64,000 nt of DNA from assembly GCA_050951325.1 (NCBI GenBank), contig JBMNIW010000012.1:384001-448000 (forward strand), in the 5' to 3' direction. The position numbers were made by a program, and so were the translations under genes. Origin of the DNA: Clostridia bacterium (lineage in GTDB: Bacteria > Bacillota > Clostridia > UBA1212 > DUPL01). The notes under the pieces were generated by a model. The model saw only the letters and a program-made list of their open reading frames with translations, searched no databases and had not been told where the DNA came from. This document shows positions 11,210 to 21,460 of the stretch, piece after piece. The first letter of the stretch is position 1, and every line of letters begins with the position of its first letter.

Positions 11210-13364
11210 GTTCAGTCCTTCTTAATATGTCAAGCTTTACTTCGTTCGACAAAGAATTGTAGTATGCACTGAATCCCGACACCCTTACCACCAGATCAGT
11301 ATAATTCTCAGGATTCTTCATTGCATCAATAAGTATTTCTTTTGATACCGCATTTATCTGAATCTCCTGACCGCCATTCTTTAAATACACCTTTATCATG
11401 TCAAGCAGTTTCTTCCTTTTCACCGGATCCGTGAACATATTCCTTGTGTACTTCTGATTAACAACCGTTCCACAGGACACTTTGGTGTAATCCGGCTTGG
11501 TAAGGGACTTTAGAGCCAATGTAGGACCATGCACATCTCTTCCATATACGGGAGAGGCAGCATCACTAAGAGGTTCTCCATCCCTTCTTCCATCGGGAGT
11601 AGCTGCAATCTCCATACCAGCATATATATTACTAATATTTGCAGCAATGGCAATATAGAAGGCACCGCCATCATGGGTTTTGTATTTGGAGAATATCTCA
11701 TAATGCACATTTACGAACCACTTGGCGTATTTGTCTACAAAATCATCATCGTTTCCATATTTGGGAGCTGACAAAACCTTTGCCAAAACTTCTTCATATC
11801 CTTCAAAATTATTCAGTATTGCTTCTTTAAGAAGCGAAAGGTCAATCTCCCTTTTGTTGTAAACAAACATCTCAACAGCGGCCAAAGAGTCTGCAAAGGT
11901 TCCAATGCCCATGCATGCAGCACCATGGACAGACGGATACAAAGCTCCGCCATCATTTATGTCAAGACCTCTTTCAATACACGGATAGCAGAAACAGGAC
12001 AAAAACGGCTGCATGTAGTTGTATGTATTGTATCTTTCATTTTCATTCTTGAACATTCTGACATACATGGCCGCACCGTGTTCCAACTGCTTTCTCAATG
12101 CATGAAGAAAATCATCCATGGTCTTCAACTCGGAAACATCCCCCGTTGAAGGCCCAAGGCGCACGCCCGTATGCATGCACACCCCATTGTTAAGAACAAG
12201 CTCTATATACTTGGGTGAGTTGAATCTTCCATCCGACCAGGGCGGTTGTTTGCCTGGGATGAAGTTTTCTATACAGCCTACCATGCAGTAATCCCTTGCA
12301 TCTTCAAGGGAATATCCGTGCTTTAATAGTGCAGGGATATTTACATCATCGTTCATAAGAGCAGGATATCCGAGTCCTGTTCCTATGACCTTGAGACACT
12401 CATCAAGGAATTCATCGGGTATACCGCTGTATATTCTTGCAGACAGATTAGGTCCAGGGATATTGCATCTTTTTACTGCTTCAAGAATAACGTAGGAGAG
12501 TTCATTGACTCCGCCGCTCCCGTCTCTCTTTACTCCGCCTATTGCAATATTAACAACATCGTCTCCGCCGAAATATCTTACTTCCCCTATTTTATACAAA
12601 GTGCATGCAACCAGATCGATTGCTTCTTCTTTGCTTAATCTTTTTTCTACTATATCCTTAATATAGAAAGGATATAGATATTGATCCAGACGGCCGAGAG
12701 CCATTGCTCCTCTGCCTTCATAGAAAAATGCTATATATGTAAACCATACAAGCTGCAGAGCTTCCTGAAATGATGAAGGCTTCGCAAAGGATATCTTCCT
12801 GCAAACATCATGCACTTTCATAAGGCTTCTGTACTTTTCAGAATCCTCACTGAATTTCTTCGCTCTGTTCAAAGCTGCCTCTGCATATTGAAGGATCATT
12901 TGGCTAAAGGCCTTCATAGTAATTTCAGCAGATTCCAGAAAGACCATTTTCTTTTTGGAGTCCGGGTCATCCTTGTGAACAATCTTCGATTTTTCTATCT
13001 TCTCAAGAGTCCCCCCAATACCATCCGCAAGGAATGTATTGTAGTCAGGTGCATAATGATCCGCATTTGTTACAAAGGATCTTAAACCATAGCTTGCAAC
13101 AATACCTGTGCAGTGGTTCAGATAGGCCTGATCTATTTCGTCATCTATAAGGCCTCTGACTGTTCCTGCAATCAGATCATTGTCATATACATATTTTTTA
13201 TGTTTAGTAAACAGGGATGCAATCGCATAGGCCTTTGCTACAGGAACCTCACAGTCCAGGTGGTCTCTATAGCCTTCGTACATATATGCAAAGGTTACTT
13301 TTCTGGAGCTGTTGGGTTTCTTTTCTGCGATCTCCTGTTTCAGACAATCCAGTTTATTCGTCAC
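11202..13364 (-). CDS. Glycyl radical enzyme (PFL superfamily), substrate unknown
   Basis: Cys loop MVGCIE, PKYGNDD, ATPDGR, Gly loop VRVSGFS. Confidence 0.92.
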   Translation of the reverse strand: MTNKLDCLKQEIAEKKPNSSRKVTFAYMYEGYRDHLDCEVPVAKAYAIASLFTKHKKYVYDNDLIAGTVRGLIDDEIDQAYLNHCTGIVASYGLRSFVTNADHYAPDYNTFLADGIGGTLEKIEKSKIVHKDDPDSKKKMVFLESAEITMKAFSQMILQYAEAALNRAKKFSEDSEKYRSLMKVHDVCRKISFAKPSSFQEALQLVWFTYIAFFYEGRGAMALGRLDQYLYPFYIKDIVEKRLSKEEAIDLVACTLYKIGEVRYFGGDDVVNIAIGGVKRDGSGGVNELSYVILEAVKRCNIPGPNLSARIYSGIPDEFLDECLKVIGTGLGYPALMNDDVNIPALLKHGYSLEDARDYCMVGCIENFIPGKQPPWSDGRFNSPKYIELVLNNGVCMHTGVRLGPSTGDVSELKTMDDFLHALRKQLEHGAAMYVRMFKNENERYNTYNYMQPFLSCFCYPCIERGLDINDGGALYPSVHGAACMGIGTFADSLAAVEMFVYNKREIDLSLLKEAILNNFEGYEEVLAKVLSAPKYGNDDDFVDKYAKWFVNVHYEIFSKYKTHDGGAFYIAIAANISNIYAGMEIAATPDGRRDGEPLSDAASPVYGRDVHGPTLALKSLTKPDYTKVSCGTVVNQKYTRNMFTDPVKRKKLLDMIKVYLKNGGQEIQINAVSKEILIDAMKNPENYTDLVVRVSGFSAYYNSLSNEVKLDILRRTEHG

Positions 13365-13366
13365 TT

Positions 13367-14461
13367 TTATTCACCTACTAAAATGGTCTTTATATTCTTT
13401 GCAGCCTTAATATCCTCAAACGCTTCATTTACCTTACTTACCGGATATTCTGTTATCATCGAGTCAATAACAGGATGAAGTCCCGGATTTTCCTCAAGGA
13501 ATTCAAGATAGCTTATAACATCAGAAACGGAATACTGGGATGAGCCTATTATCTGAATAGCTTTAAATGTTATAAGTTCAGGATTAAACATAACACCGCC
13601 GCTTGCAGAATACTGTCCGGGTACTAAATATACGCCTCTGTTTCTGAGCATCTGTATACCCTGGGGCACTGCATGCACATTTCCGCTTGCTTCAAACACT
13701 AAATCAGCTCCGAGTCCGTCACTTATGCTTTTTATATATGCTATTACATCATCAAGTGAGTTAATATCAAGAGAAAATACTTTACTTACACCGAAGCTTC
13801 TTGCAATCTCTTCTCTTTTTTCATCCACAAATCCTGTTATTGCAATAACATGCTCAATACCCATAGCAACCAGATATCCTGCTGCAAACATACCAACAGG
13901 TCCTAATCCCTGTACTACGGCCACATTAACATTTTCCATGCTAACATTCGCACGTTTGCCTAAATTAAAAGCATGTATTGCAGTTGAACCTGCACAGGCA
14001 AATACACTTACAGTCTTAGGATCCAGACCCTTTGGTACTTTAATCAGGTTCTTTACAGGTGAATAGTTAACTTCAGCATAGCCACCCCAGAAATGAGGGC
14101 TTTCCTCAGGATCTCCGCCATTTGTAACACCCATATTGATGCAGTTTGCATCATCACTGGTTTTACAAAGCAGGCATTCACCACAGGGGCATGCAATGTT
14201 TACAATAACATTGTCGCCTGCACTAATACCATATTTATTGCTGTCTTCAGCTGATATCTCTTCTACTTTTCCAACATACTCATGTCCGATTATCTTAGGA
14301 GGGACAATCCCAAGCTTTCCTCTGTGTATGTGCATATCCGTGCCACATACTCCGCTTGCTAATATAGAAATCCTTGCATATCCCTTTGGTGGAGTCGTAA
14401 GCTCATACTCACGGATCTCAAAAGGTTCATTTACTCCTGTAAACACAGCTGCCTTTGCCAT
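13367..14461 (-). CDS. Zinc-dependent medium-chain alcohol dehydrogenase
   Basis: GVCGTD, GHE, structural Zn CGECLLC...C, GLGPVG. Confidence 0.92.
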   Translation of the reverse strand: MAKAAVFTGVNEPFEIREYELTTPPKGYARISILASGVCGTDMHIHRGKLGIVPPKIIGHEYVGKVEEISAEDSNKYGISAGDNVIVNIACPCGECLLCKTSDDANCINMGVTNGGDPEESPHFWGGYAEVNYSPVKNLIKVPKGLDPKTVSVFACAGSTAIHAFNLGKRANVSMENVNVAVVQGLGPVGMFAAGYLVAMGIEHVIAITGFVDEKREEIARSFGVSKVFSLDINSLDDVIAYIKSISDGLGADLVFEASGNVHAVPQGIQMLRNRGVYLVPGQYSASGGVMFNPELITFKAIQIIGSSQYSVSDVISYLEFLEENPGLHPVIDSMITEYPVSKVNEAFEDIKAAKNIKTILVGE

Positions 14462-14473
14462 ATTTTTTCTCCT

Positions 14474-15349
14474 TTATACTTTTATTTTATGAATCAGCTT
14501 ATATTCCTGGGTGCTGTAACCCGTGTATTTTTTAAATAAGCGGCTTAAGTAGGGCTCGTTATATAAGCCGACCTTTTCTCCTGCTTCTTTAAGTGACATA
14601 TTGTAAACCAGTATCATCTCCGCTACTCTTTTGATCCTGTAGCTGTTAATATATTCTACTACTGTTTTACCTGTAAAGATCTTGAATATCTTACACAGGT
14701 AGCCTGTTGATATACCGAGATAGGATGCAATATCATTTGTAGATATATTCTCCTTTATGTTCTCCGCAATATAACCGATGGCCTTCTTACTGTATAATGA
14801 ATATATTGGCATCGGGGTAAGGTCATACTTTAATCTTGCGATGCGTACTGATTCTGCGGTTATCATTGAAAAGAGGTTAAATAGTCCTGATATAAAGTAT
14901 GTTTTATCTGAATTTATATCTGTCTCAAATTCTTTTATAAGTTTTTTCATTGCAACGGTTATCTTTTCTACCTGCATACCGCTGGGCATTTCCGATGCAA
15001 CAATCAAAAACACTCCTGGCCGGTTATTTGCCTTACTTATTTCAATTACTTCATCCTCAGTGATCTGCTCAAGCTCATAGGGTACATTAACTGAAATAGT
15101 CGCATGACCATGTCCGGGATTATCCGAATATGCTTTAAGTGGCTTATTATGAGGTATAATATTTAATCCTCCTTCTTGGATTATATATGTATGATCCTCA
15201 TATTGAATATTCATTTTTCCTCTTTCACACAGAACAATTTCAAAGGCATTAGGTATTACACCAAAATTAAAGTTGTACCTGTCCGTTGAAAAGAAATGGG
15301 CAAATTCAATTAACGGTATATTCTTAAAAGTATATATATTAAAGTGCAT
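14474..15349 (-). CDS. AraC family transcriptional regulator
   Basis: N-terminal cupin-like domain, C-terminal double HTH (YLCKIFK...YLSRLFKKYTG). Confidence 0.92.
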   Translation of the reverse strand: MHFNIYTFKNIPLIEFAHFFSTDRYNFNFGVIPNAFEIVLCERGKMNIQYEDHTYIIQEGGLNIIPHNKPLKAYSDNPGHGHATISVNVPYELEQITEDEVIEISKANNRPGVFLIVASEMPSGMQVEKITVAMKKLIKEFETDINSDKTYFISGLFNLFSMITAESVRIARLKYDLTPMPIYSLYSKKAIGYIAENIKENISTNDIASYLGISTGYLCKIFKIFTGKTVVEYINSYRIKRVAEMILVYNMSLKEAGEKVGLYNEPYLSRLFKKYTGYSTQEYKLIHKIKV

Positions 15350-15489
15350 ACCTAAACGTCCCTCCTTGTTATTCTATAAGGCAATTATATCTTTTATCCC
15401 TTTTGCTATCAATGAACTATTTTAATTTATGTGCACAATTTTAATTCATTATGCCAATTTCAGTGAATAACTATACAACTTTTAAAAGC

Positions 15490-15533
15490 AAAAAAGCTAT
15501 ACACCTTTTTAGATGTATAGCTTCATTTTTTTT
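15490..15533 (-). terminator. Terminator after surface protein operon
   Basis: AAGCTATACA / TGTATAGCTT stem flanked by A/T runs. Confidence 0.6.
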
Positions 15534-15539
15534 GTTCAG

Positions 15540-16556
15540 TTAAACATTGTATAATTTTTTCTTAAAAACAAGGCTCAATAAAGCTCCGGCTGTTAATAGG
15601 GCAAAAACACTGTACAAACTAGCATTATCTCCTGTTTCTGTATTCGGTTCAGTATATGCAGCATACTCGCGTAATGAAACGCTGTTAACAGCATAGTTGC
15701 TGATACGGAGTGCAATAAGGGGTACGCTGAAATCCTTGCTGAGAAGAACATTATCCACATTCCTCAGTACATTTCCTGCACTGTCTTTTACTACTACCGA
15801 TTTAAAGAACTTATTTGCACTTAAATCAGGATAAGTTGCTTCACCGGACATCTCAACTGATGCAAATTTCTGTTCATCAACAAAGAAATTTAAAACAGAT
15901 CCGTCATCGGTCATTGTGATCTTGTGATAAGCACTTCCGAAATCTACACCCTCAAGCTTTATATCGATCCTTTCATTAGCCAGTTTAGTTTCAAGGTTAT
16001 CTCTATAAACTTTAACATATATGCTAATAATGTCAGAACCCCAGCCTCCGGGTACAAGGAAAATCCCTGATGAACCCATATGTACGTTACTTGACCAGTC
16101 GGACAGATCGTGGGAGTAGAAGGCAATTACTTCTCCGTTACCTATTGTAAAGTGTTCTCCGGTAGTTCTTACAAACATCCCAAAGCACTGACCTGTACCT
16201 TTTCCTTCGATTTCAAATATGTATCTGTTAGTTAATTTGTACTTGGAAACCATCTGGGTAAAAGGACCAAAGTTTACAGCCTTTTGACCTCCGTCCATAA
16301 ATACTGTCATGTTATGAGTCGGTTCTCCGCTTCCTCTTTCCAATACCCAGTGGTCTTCGATGTTTGCCTGTCCAACAAGGCTTTCGCCGTCGGGCAGATC
16401 TTCAAAATCATCCATTAAAACATCGATACCCTTTGTTCCATTAATGAGTTCACCCCATGTTCCAAGATGAGTGTCCAGATCGCTTGCCTGTACGCTAAAA
16501 GTCATGGCTATCGATAGCATAAACACACTCACAATTGTAATTACTCGTTTACACAT
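15540..16556 (-). CDS. Secreted surface protein with sortase-like NTETGD signal
   Basis: Signal peptide; NTETGD, TM segment, KKK tail; paralog of 2148-3110. Confidence 0.75.
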   Translation of the reverse strand: MCKRVITIVSVFMLSIAMTFSVQASDLDTHLGTWGELINGTKGIDVLMDDFEDLPDGESLVGQANIEDHWVLERGSGEPTHNMTVFMDGGQKAVNFGPFTQMVSKYKLTNRYIFEIEGKGTGQCFGMFVRTTGEHFTIGNGEVIAFYSHDLSDWSSNVHMGSSGIFLVPGGWGSDIISIYVKVYRDNLETKLANERIDIKLEGVDFGSAYHKITMTDDGSVLNFFVDEQKFASVEMSGEATYPDLSANKFFKSVVVKDSAGNVLRNVDNVLLSKDFSVPLIALRISNYAVNSVSLREYAAYTEPNTETGDNASLYSVFALLTAGALLSLVFKKKLYNV

Positions 16557-16590
16557 TGTTTTTCCTCCCGTTATTTAGTTATTTTCTATT

Positions 16591-19029
16591 TTACTTTTTC
16601 TTTTTTCTCCTAATTGTATCTGAGATCAATAATCCGATTGCACCGGCAAAAAGCAGTGAAGAAACCAGGATAACTATAAACATAGTAGATACCTGAAATG
16701 TGTGCTTTCCATTTGCAGGTGTGAATACAAAAGTAAATCTTCCGTCAGGTGCTGCTTCTCCGTCTGTATAGAAGGACAATATATCACCGTCACTGCAATT
16801 ATTATCCGCCCACTTAAAGTACAGATGGGGTTTGCCGCCCTCCTGACCAATGGCACTGCGCGGTACTGCTAATGTCATTACATTGTTTTTGATGTAATAT
16901 TTTGCTTTACCTGTTTCTTCCCAGTTCCAGCCTCCAGTACTTTTCACGATGGTGCTGTAACCATTTTCCGGGGAAGTTATATTCACTGCATAGTCAAAAC
17001 CTTCCCAGCTCTTATCCAGGCTCATGTTTTTCGTGCTAATGAATAAACGCATCCAGTCCGGATCTTTAGGATCAGTTAAATTATTTAAAGTCTCTACGTA
17101 GAAATATATGTAATCCTTATCATAAATCACTTTGGATACAACAACATCGTTACGAACACCTTTGTTTGTGTAGTGTGTATCTCCGTAGCCGTCTTCATCC
17201 CTGTCTTCAGCATATCCAACATAGTGGGTATATGCATAGGCTTTATTAAAAGCTTTTATGTTAGTTATATCTATTGTCTTGTATGTATATGTTATATCAG
17301 GTTTGCTTACACCTTTGTATTTTCTGATATTGGAGATCAGCTGATAATAGTAGTTATCCTTCAGATCACCTTTAGTCGGTTCAACATCCCTTGAATACTC
17401 ATCTGTAAATACGTCGGGGAAAGCATTTTCAGTATATCCCCAGTCTTCATGTCTGCTTGCCTGCCATTCATTCCATCCGGTAACAAATATGAGGTCAGGA
17501 TTTACTTCAATTGCATAATCCCATTGCTCCTGAAAGTTGATCCCATAGTATTTCGAGTTGGGATCTGTAGAGAAGCCGTTTATCATAGAAAAGCTTCTTC
17601 CATAGACATCTATACCATTCATTGCTGTACCGCCGTACAGGGCATTTGCATTCTGTGCAACTCCAACAGTGATCTGTTCAACAGTTCCGTCAGGTCTTAC
17701 ACCGTATTTGCACTGTGGATAAACGGATAACCATCCCCAGTAAGTGCTGTGGGCAGGCTTCGTTGTAAAGTATGACGGGTCACAGGGTCTGAAGGTAAAG
17801 AAATCAAGCATTTCTTTAAATAACGGATCAGACTGCTGACCCAGTATCTCGGGGTATGCCATAACAAGGGGCTTACCTTCCCAATAGAACCACAGGTCCT
17901 GGTAATTTCCACTCCTGTATATGTCAAGATAAAGGTTGTACATCATCTCAGCAGTTGCAACAAAAGGCGCAAAGTTCAGCATAAATGCTATTTTAGGAGT
18001 GTTGACACCTGCCTGCCTTGCTTCTGCAAAGGCTTCAAGCAATGTTGTATAACCACCGCGCCAGGTGTAGTTTGCGTTTGTACAGTCAAATACAATAACA
18101 TCAACACCTGCATTTGCAAGCATTTCAGCATGCTTACGGTATACATATTTATCTAAAGATGTGTAGTAACCGTATAGCGGTTCATCCCAGAAATATGCGG
18201 CTGCCTTTTGCTCATACCATATCCTGTGCTTATAGTCATTCTTAGCCTCAGGATACTGCTTCATCAGATTTGTTAAGTTGATGGGCATACCTTCTATTTC
18301 AAAGTAATCATGAGCGATCCAGTAGAACATAGCCACATATTTGTTTTTCTTGCTGCTACCTACAGCCTCATAATCCGGTAACTCTCTTCCCAGAGCATCG
18401 ATTGCATGCCATGTTTCCGGTTTTACATTACGTTGGTTGATCGGATGATCCTTCGGTAATTTTGGTTCCCTGGGATCACTGACCTTTTCCGGTTCCTTTT
18501 CTTTTGATAAAGGAGCAAGGCTAGTTGAAGGTTCACCGTCGTATGTTATCTTCATCGAGATATTTCCAAGTCCTTTATACCCATTCGTATAAGTTACTGT
18601 ATGCTCAATATGGGTCCTGGTCTGACTAACCCCTATCCTTCCTTTAACATAATATACAACTGCAAGATATTCACCTTTTTCGGCTTCAACATTAAGGTTC
18701 AGCCATCTGTTGCCTAATACATCTTTAAAATCCTCTACTGCAACCGGCGCTGAGGATACGGTCTTTGAATAGCTTTCGTCCCATTTATACAGGGCGATCC
18801 TGCAGTCCTTTGTTGCACCAAAAGTTGTTATGTACACACTTACACGGGTTAGTTTATCAGTTGCGTTGAACCTTGTTCCGGCAGATCCATTCTTCTCGAT
18901 ATTGAAGTCACTCTTATCTCCTGTTGTATTGTAGAGGTTTATTGTGCTTCCTGATTTTGAATATATGACAGAACAGGAAAGTGCAAGACCCATAATAACG
19001 AAAAGGAATATCAGATATCGTTTTCTCAT
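16591..19029 (-). CDS. Membrane-anchored GH99/GH71-like glycoside hydrolase
   Basis: FWDEPLYGYY, HAEMLANAGVD, VTGWNEW; signal peptide and C-terminal TM with basic tail. Confidence 0.65.
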   Translation of the reverse strand: MRKRYLIFLFVIMGLALSCSVIYSKSGSTINLYNTTGDKSDFNIEKNGSAGTRFNATDKLTRVSVYITTFGATKDCRIALYKWDESYSKTVSSAPVAVEDFKDVLGNRWLNLNVEAEKGEYLAVVYYVKGRIGVSQTRTHIEHTVTYTNGYKGLGNISMKITYDGEPSTSLAPLSKEKEPEKVSDPREPKLPKDHPINQRNVKPETWHAIDALGRELPDYEAVGSSKKNKYVAMFYWIAHDYFEIEGMPINLTNLMKQYPEAKNDYKHRIWYEQKAAAYFWDEPLYGYYTSLDKYVYRKHAEMLANAGVDVIVFDCTNANYTWRGGYTTLLEAFAEARQAGVNTPKIAFMLNFAPFVATAEMMYNLYLDIYRSGNYQDLWFYWEGKPLVMAYPEILGQQSDPLFKEMLDFFTFRPCDPSYFTTKPAHSTYWGWLSVYPQCKYGVRPDGTVEQITVGVAQNANALYGGTAMNGIDVYGRSFSMINGFSTDPNSKYYGINFQEQWDYAIEVNPDLIFVTGWNEWQASRHEDWGYTENAFPDVFTDEYSRDVEPTKGDLKDNYYYQLISNIRKYKGVSKPDITYTYKTIDITNIKAFNKAYAYTHYVGYAEDRDEDGYGDTHYTNKGVRNDVVVSKVIYDKDYIYFYVETLNNLTDPKDPDWMRLFISTKNMSLDKSWEGFDYAVNITSPENGYSTIVKSTGGWNWEETGKAKYYIKNNVMTLAVPRSAIGQEGGKPHLYFKWADNNCSDGDILSFYTDGEAAPDGRFTFVFTPANGKHTFQVSTMFIVILVSSLLFAGAIGLLISDTIRRKKKK

Positions 19030-19047
19030 TTGCTTCTCCGGTTTTTA

Positions 19048-20100
19048 TTATTTTTCTTTTGTTCTTCTTACGATTATAAATATTATTACACCTAAGGAAA
19101 CGGCTCCGACTGCTGCGAAGACAATTATCAGCGGATCAACAGAAGCTTTATCTGTATTATTAGTTCCGCTCTTTGTTGCTGTAGGATTTACCTTTGGAGT
19201 CGCAGTTTCTTCAGGAGCAGCAGTTGCCTCCGGTGTTGGTGTTGGATCCGGTTCTTCATATTCAAGGATAATGTTATCGACCTGAGTAATTGTTTCTCTG
19301 TTGCCGATTGCAATAGTGGATCCGTTAGATGATACTCTCGTATTTTCAACAGTATAAAGGACATTATCATCTTTATCCTTTACGGTTACTGTCTTGAAAT
19401 ATTCATCAGAATCGTTTGTATCAGTATCATATTTGATGCCTGTACCTGACATCTCAACTTTTGCGATCAGGGTGCTGTTTGCATAAATTTCAACTTTGCT
19501 TTCCCCGTCATCTACAAACTTCAGGTTTACAAAAGCACTTGCAGGAAACTCAAAAGGAATGTCTGTGGTCTTCTGAGTTATGGTCATTGCTTCTTCTGTG
19601 TATATTTTTGTTATTACTCTTATTACATTTGGCAATAAGGTAACTGCTATACCGCTTGCTCCGAGACCGCTTGGTCCTGAACCACCGTTTTGTGAATACC
19701 AGTCTGACTCATAAAAGGGTACTACACTATCACCGCTGAATACACCGTTATAGAACAAATTCTCAGGTCTTACCGCTCTTACAAAAATTGCGTGATTTTC
19801 GTTCAGGTCAGTCTTCTTAACATCAATGGAGAATGTATAGGGTCCTACTATAGGATTAATTAAGAAGCTATCTGAATACCCAGAATACTCCAGATACTGA
19901 TTATTTGCCTCACTGACTACTTTAATTTCACCTATCAGGCTTGATGTTTCAAACAGCTCATATAGTTCTGTATCAAGCATAGTAGTCCCTTCATTATCGC
20001 TTTCAAAGTCAAATTTCTCTTCTACTTTGATTCCAAATACATTTAAGCATAATGAAATATTAAGTAGTAGGATTACTGCTATTATCATTATTTTTTTCAC
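19048..20100 (-). CDS. Secreted membrane-anchored surface protein with Pro/Thr linker
   Basis: Signal peptide, PTPTPEAT linker, C-terminal TM; paralog of 2148-3110. Confidence 0.75.
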   Translation of the reverse strand: MKKIMIIAVILLLNISLCLNVFGIKVEEKFDFESDNEGTTMLDTELYELFETSSLIGEIKVVSEANNQYLEYSGYSDSFLINPIVGPYTFSIDVKKTDLNENHAIFVRAVRPENLFYNGVFSGDSVVPFYESDWYSQNGGSGPSGLGASGIAVTLLPNVIRVITKIYTEEAMTITQKTTDIPFEFPASAFVNLKFVDDGESKVEIYANSTLIAKVEMSGTGIKYDTDTNDSDEYFKTVTVKDKDDNVLYTVENTRVSSNGSTIAIGNRETITQVDNIILEYEEPDPTPTPEATAAPEETATPKVNPTATKSGTNNTDKASVDPLIIVFAAVGAVSLGVIIFIIVRRTKEK

Positions 20101-20288
20101 ACAAATAACCTCCTGTATGTTATTTAACTCGATATTATCATTGTACTTTAGTAATTAAATGCATTATTTTCACTTGCATGCACAATATTCACATGCTTTA
20201 TTAACAAACTGTTCACCAGGAACAAGGAACTAAATGAAAAATTATTGGAAGAATACCTCTAACGCCCTAAAATCAATTTATTTTATCA

Positions 20289-21044
20289 TTATTTGCTCAT
20301 ATCACTTAATGTATGATTTCCTGCTGCTCTTCCGGCAGTGGTACCTATGAGTTTCATGGCAGCGTTGTTATAATGGCCTACAGCTTCAGGATTGATCCAT
20401 TTTTCATCCAGTGAAAGTTCACGGGTTATATCGGTCAGGACTATAAAGTCAGGATCAATGTCAGGAAGATTCAGCTGTGCATTCATTATTACTTCATCAT
20501 ATTCTCTGCCCACATTATGTATGGCAAAATATCCGACGCAGATTATCATAAATTTATCTATCCCTATATCACGCTTCAGATTGTTTTTCAAACTTATCAT
20601 ACCTTCAATGTATGACACGCCGTCTGTTTTTGCCCAGGCATCACTTTCGCCCTGGAGCCATATGAAATACTTTCTGTCAACGTTACCGGCTTTTTTCATT
20701 GCAGCACGTATCTTTTCCAGCATCTTTCCGTAACGTCTTGCTCCGTCCGGATTATTGTCAAGCCACTGAGCAAGTATTGTTGCTCCTTTGGCTGTATGAA
20801 CAGCTAAGACTTCATTCCCGCAAATTTTTATATATTCATCACAGAAATACGGAACGAGTGATCCTCTGTTCAGATGGGATCTCAGTAACATATCCTCTAT
20901 ATCTTCTCCGACAGGGTTCTTAAGTTCTACAAGTTCATCTGTTAGCAGCCTGTATTCAACTGCTTTTTTTACTGCTTCATCACAAGGAACAGCTTCTGTC
21001 TGTCCCTGCATATTGCTTTGACCACTGAATATAAGTAAATCCAT
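20289..21044 (-). CDS. SASA / CE6-like carbohydrate acetylesterase
   Basis: GQSNMQG, WLQGESD, C-terminal His (VGHY). Confidence 0.82.
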   Translation of the reverse strand: MDLLIFSGQSNMQGQTEAVPCDEAVKKAVEYRLLTDELVELKNPVGEDIEDMLLRSHLNRGSLVPYFCDEYIKICGNEVLAVHTAKGATILAQWLDNNPDGARRYGKMLEKIRAAMKKAGNVDRKYFIWLQGESDAWAKTDGVSYIEGMISLKNNLKRDIGIDKFMIICVGYFAIHNVGREYDEVIMNAQLNLPDIDPDFIVLTDITRELSLDEKWINPEAVGHYNNAAMKLIGTTAGRAAGNHTLSDMSK

Positions 21045-21285
21045 AACCTTAACTCCTTTTTATATATAAAATAGCGATGTGATTATATCAAGGCAGACAG
21101 GGTTGTCAATTGTCGATCTTAATTCATTTTACGGTTTTAATTTTCTACTTATATATATTGGCACCGCATATCCGATCTTCTCCAGATGCAAAATTAAACC
21201 ACCAAATGAGAAAAATTAAAAAGTGCTTTTTCAAGTTCGCCAGATTCATATGTATATATGCGTCTGTATATAAGCGCCTTTATAA

Positions 21286-21309
21286 AGAAAAAACCACCCA
21301 AAGGTGGCC
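21286..21309 (-). terminator. Orphan Rho-independent terminator
   Basis: Minus strand reads CCACC-TTTG-GGTGG then TTTTTTCTTT. Confidence 0.55.
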
Positions 21310-21460
21310 TTGTAGTCGGCGATATTACATGTCGCTCAGGCAGGTGAAGCAAATGATAAAGAGAGGCAAGAAACAATTACATTCTTATATTGACTTTTTG
21401 CACAAAAGAAGCACATATAAGAAAAGGGCCGCACATTGGAACAATGCACCGCCCCTTTTC

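Noticed and set aside
11202-13364. Calling the GRE pyruvate formate-lyase or another named GRE
   Set aside because: No Cys-Cys pair, no microcompartment context, and substrate residues cannot be verified by eye.
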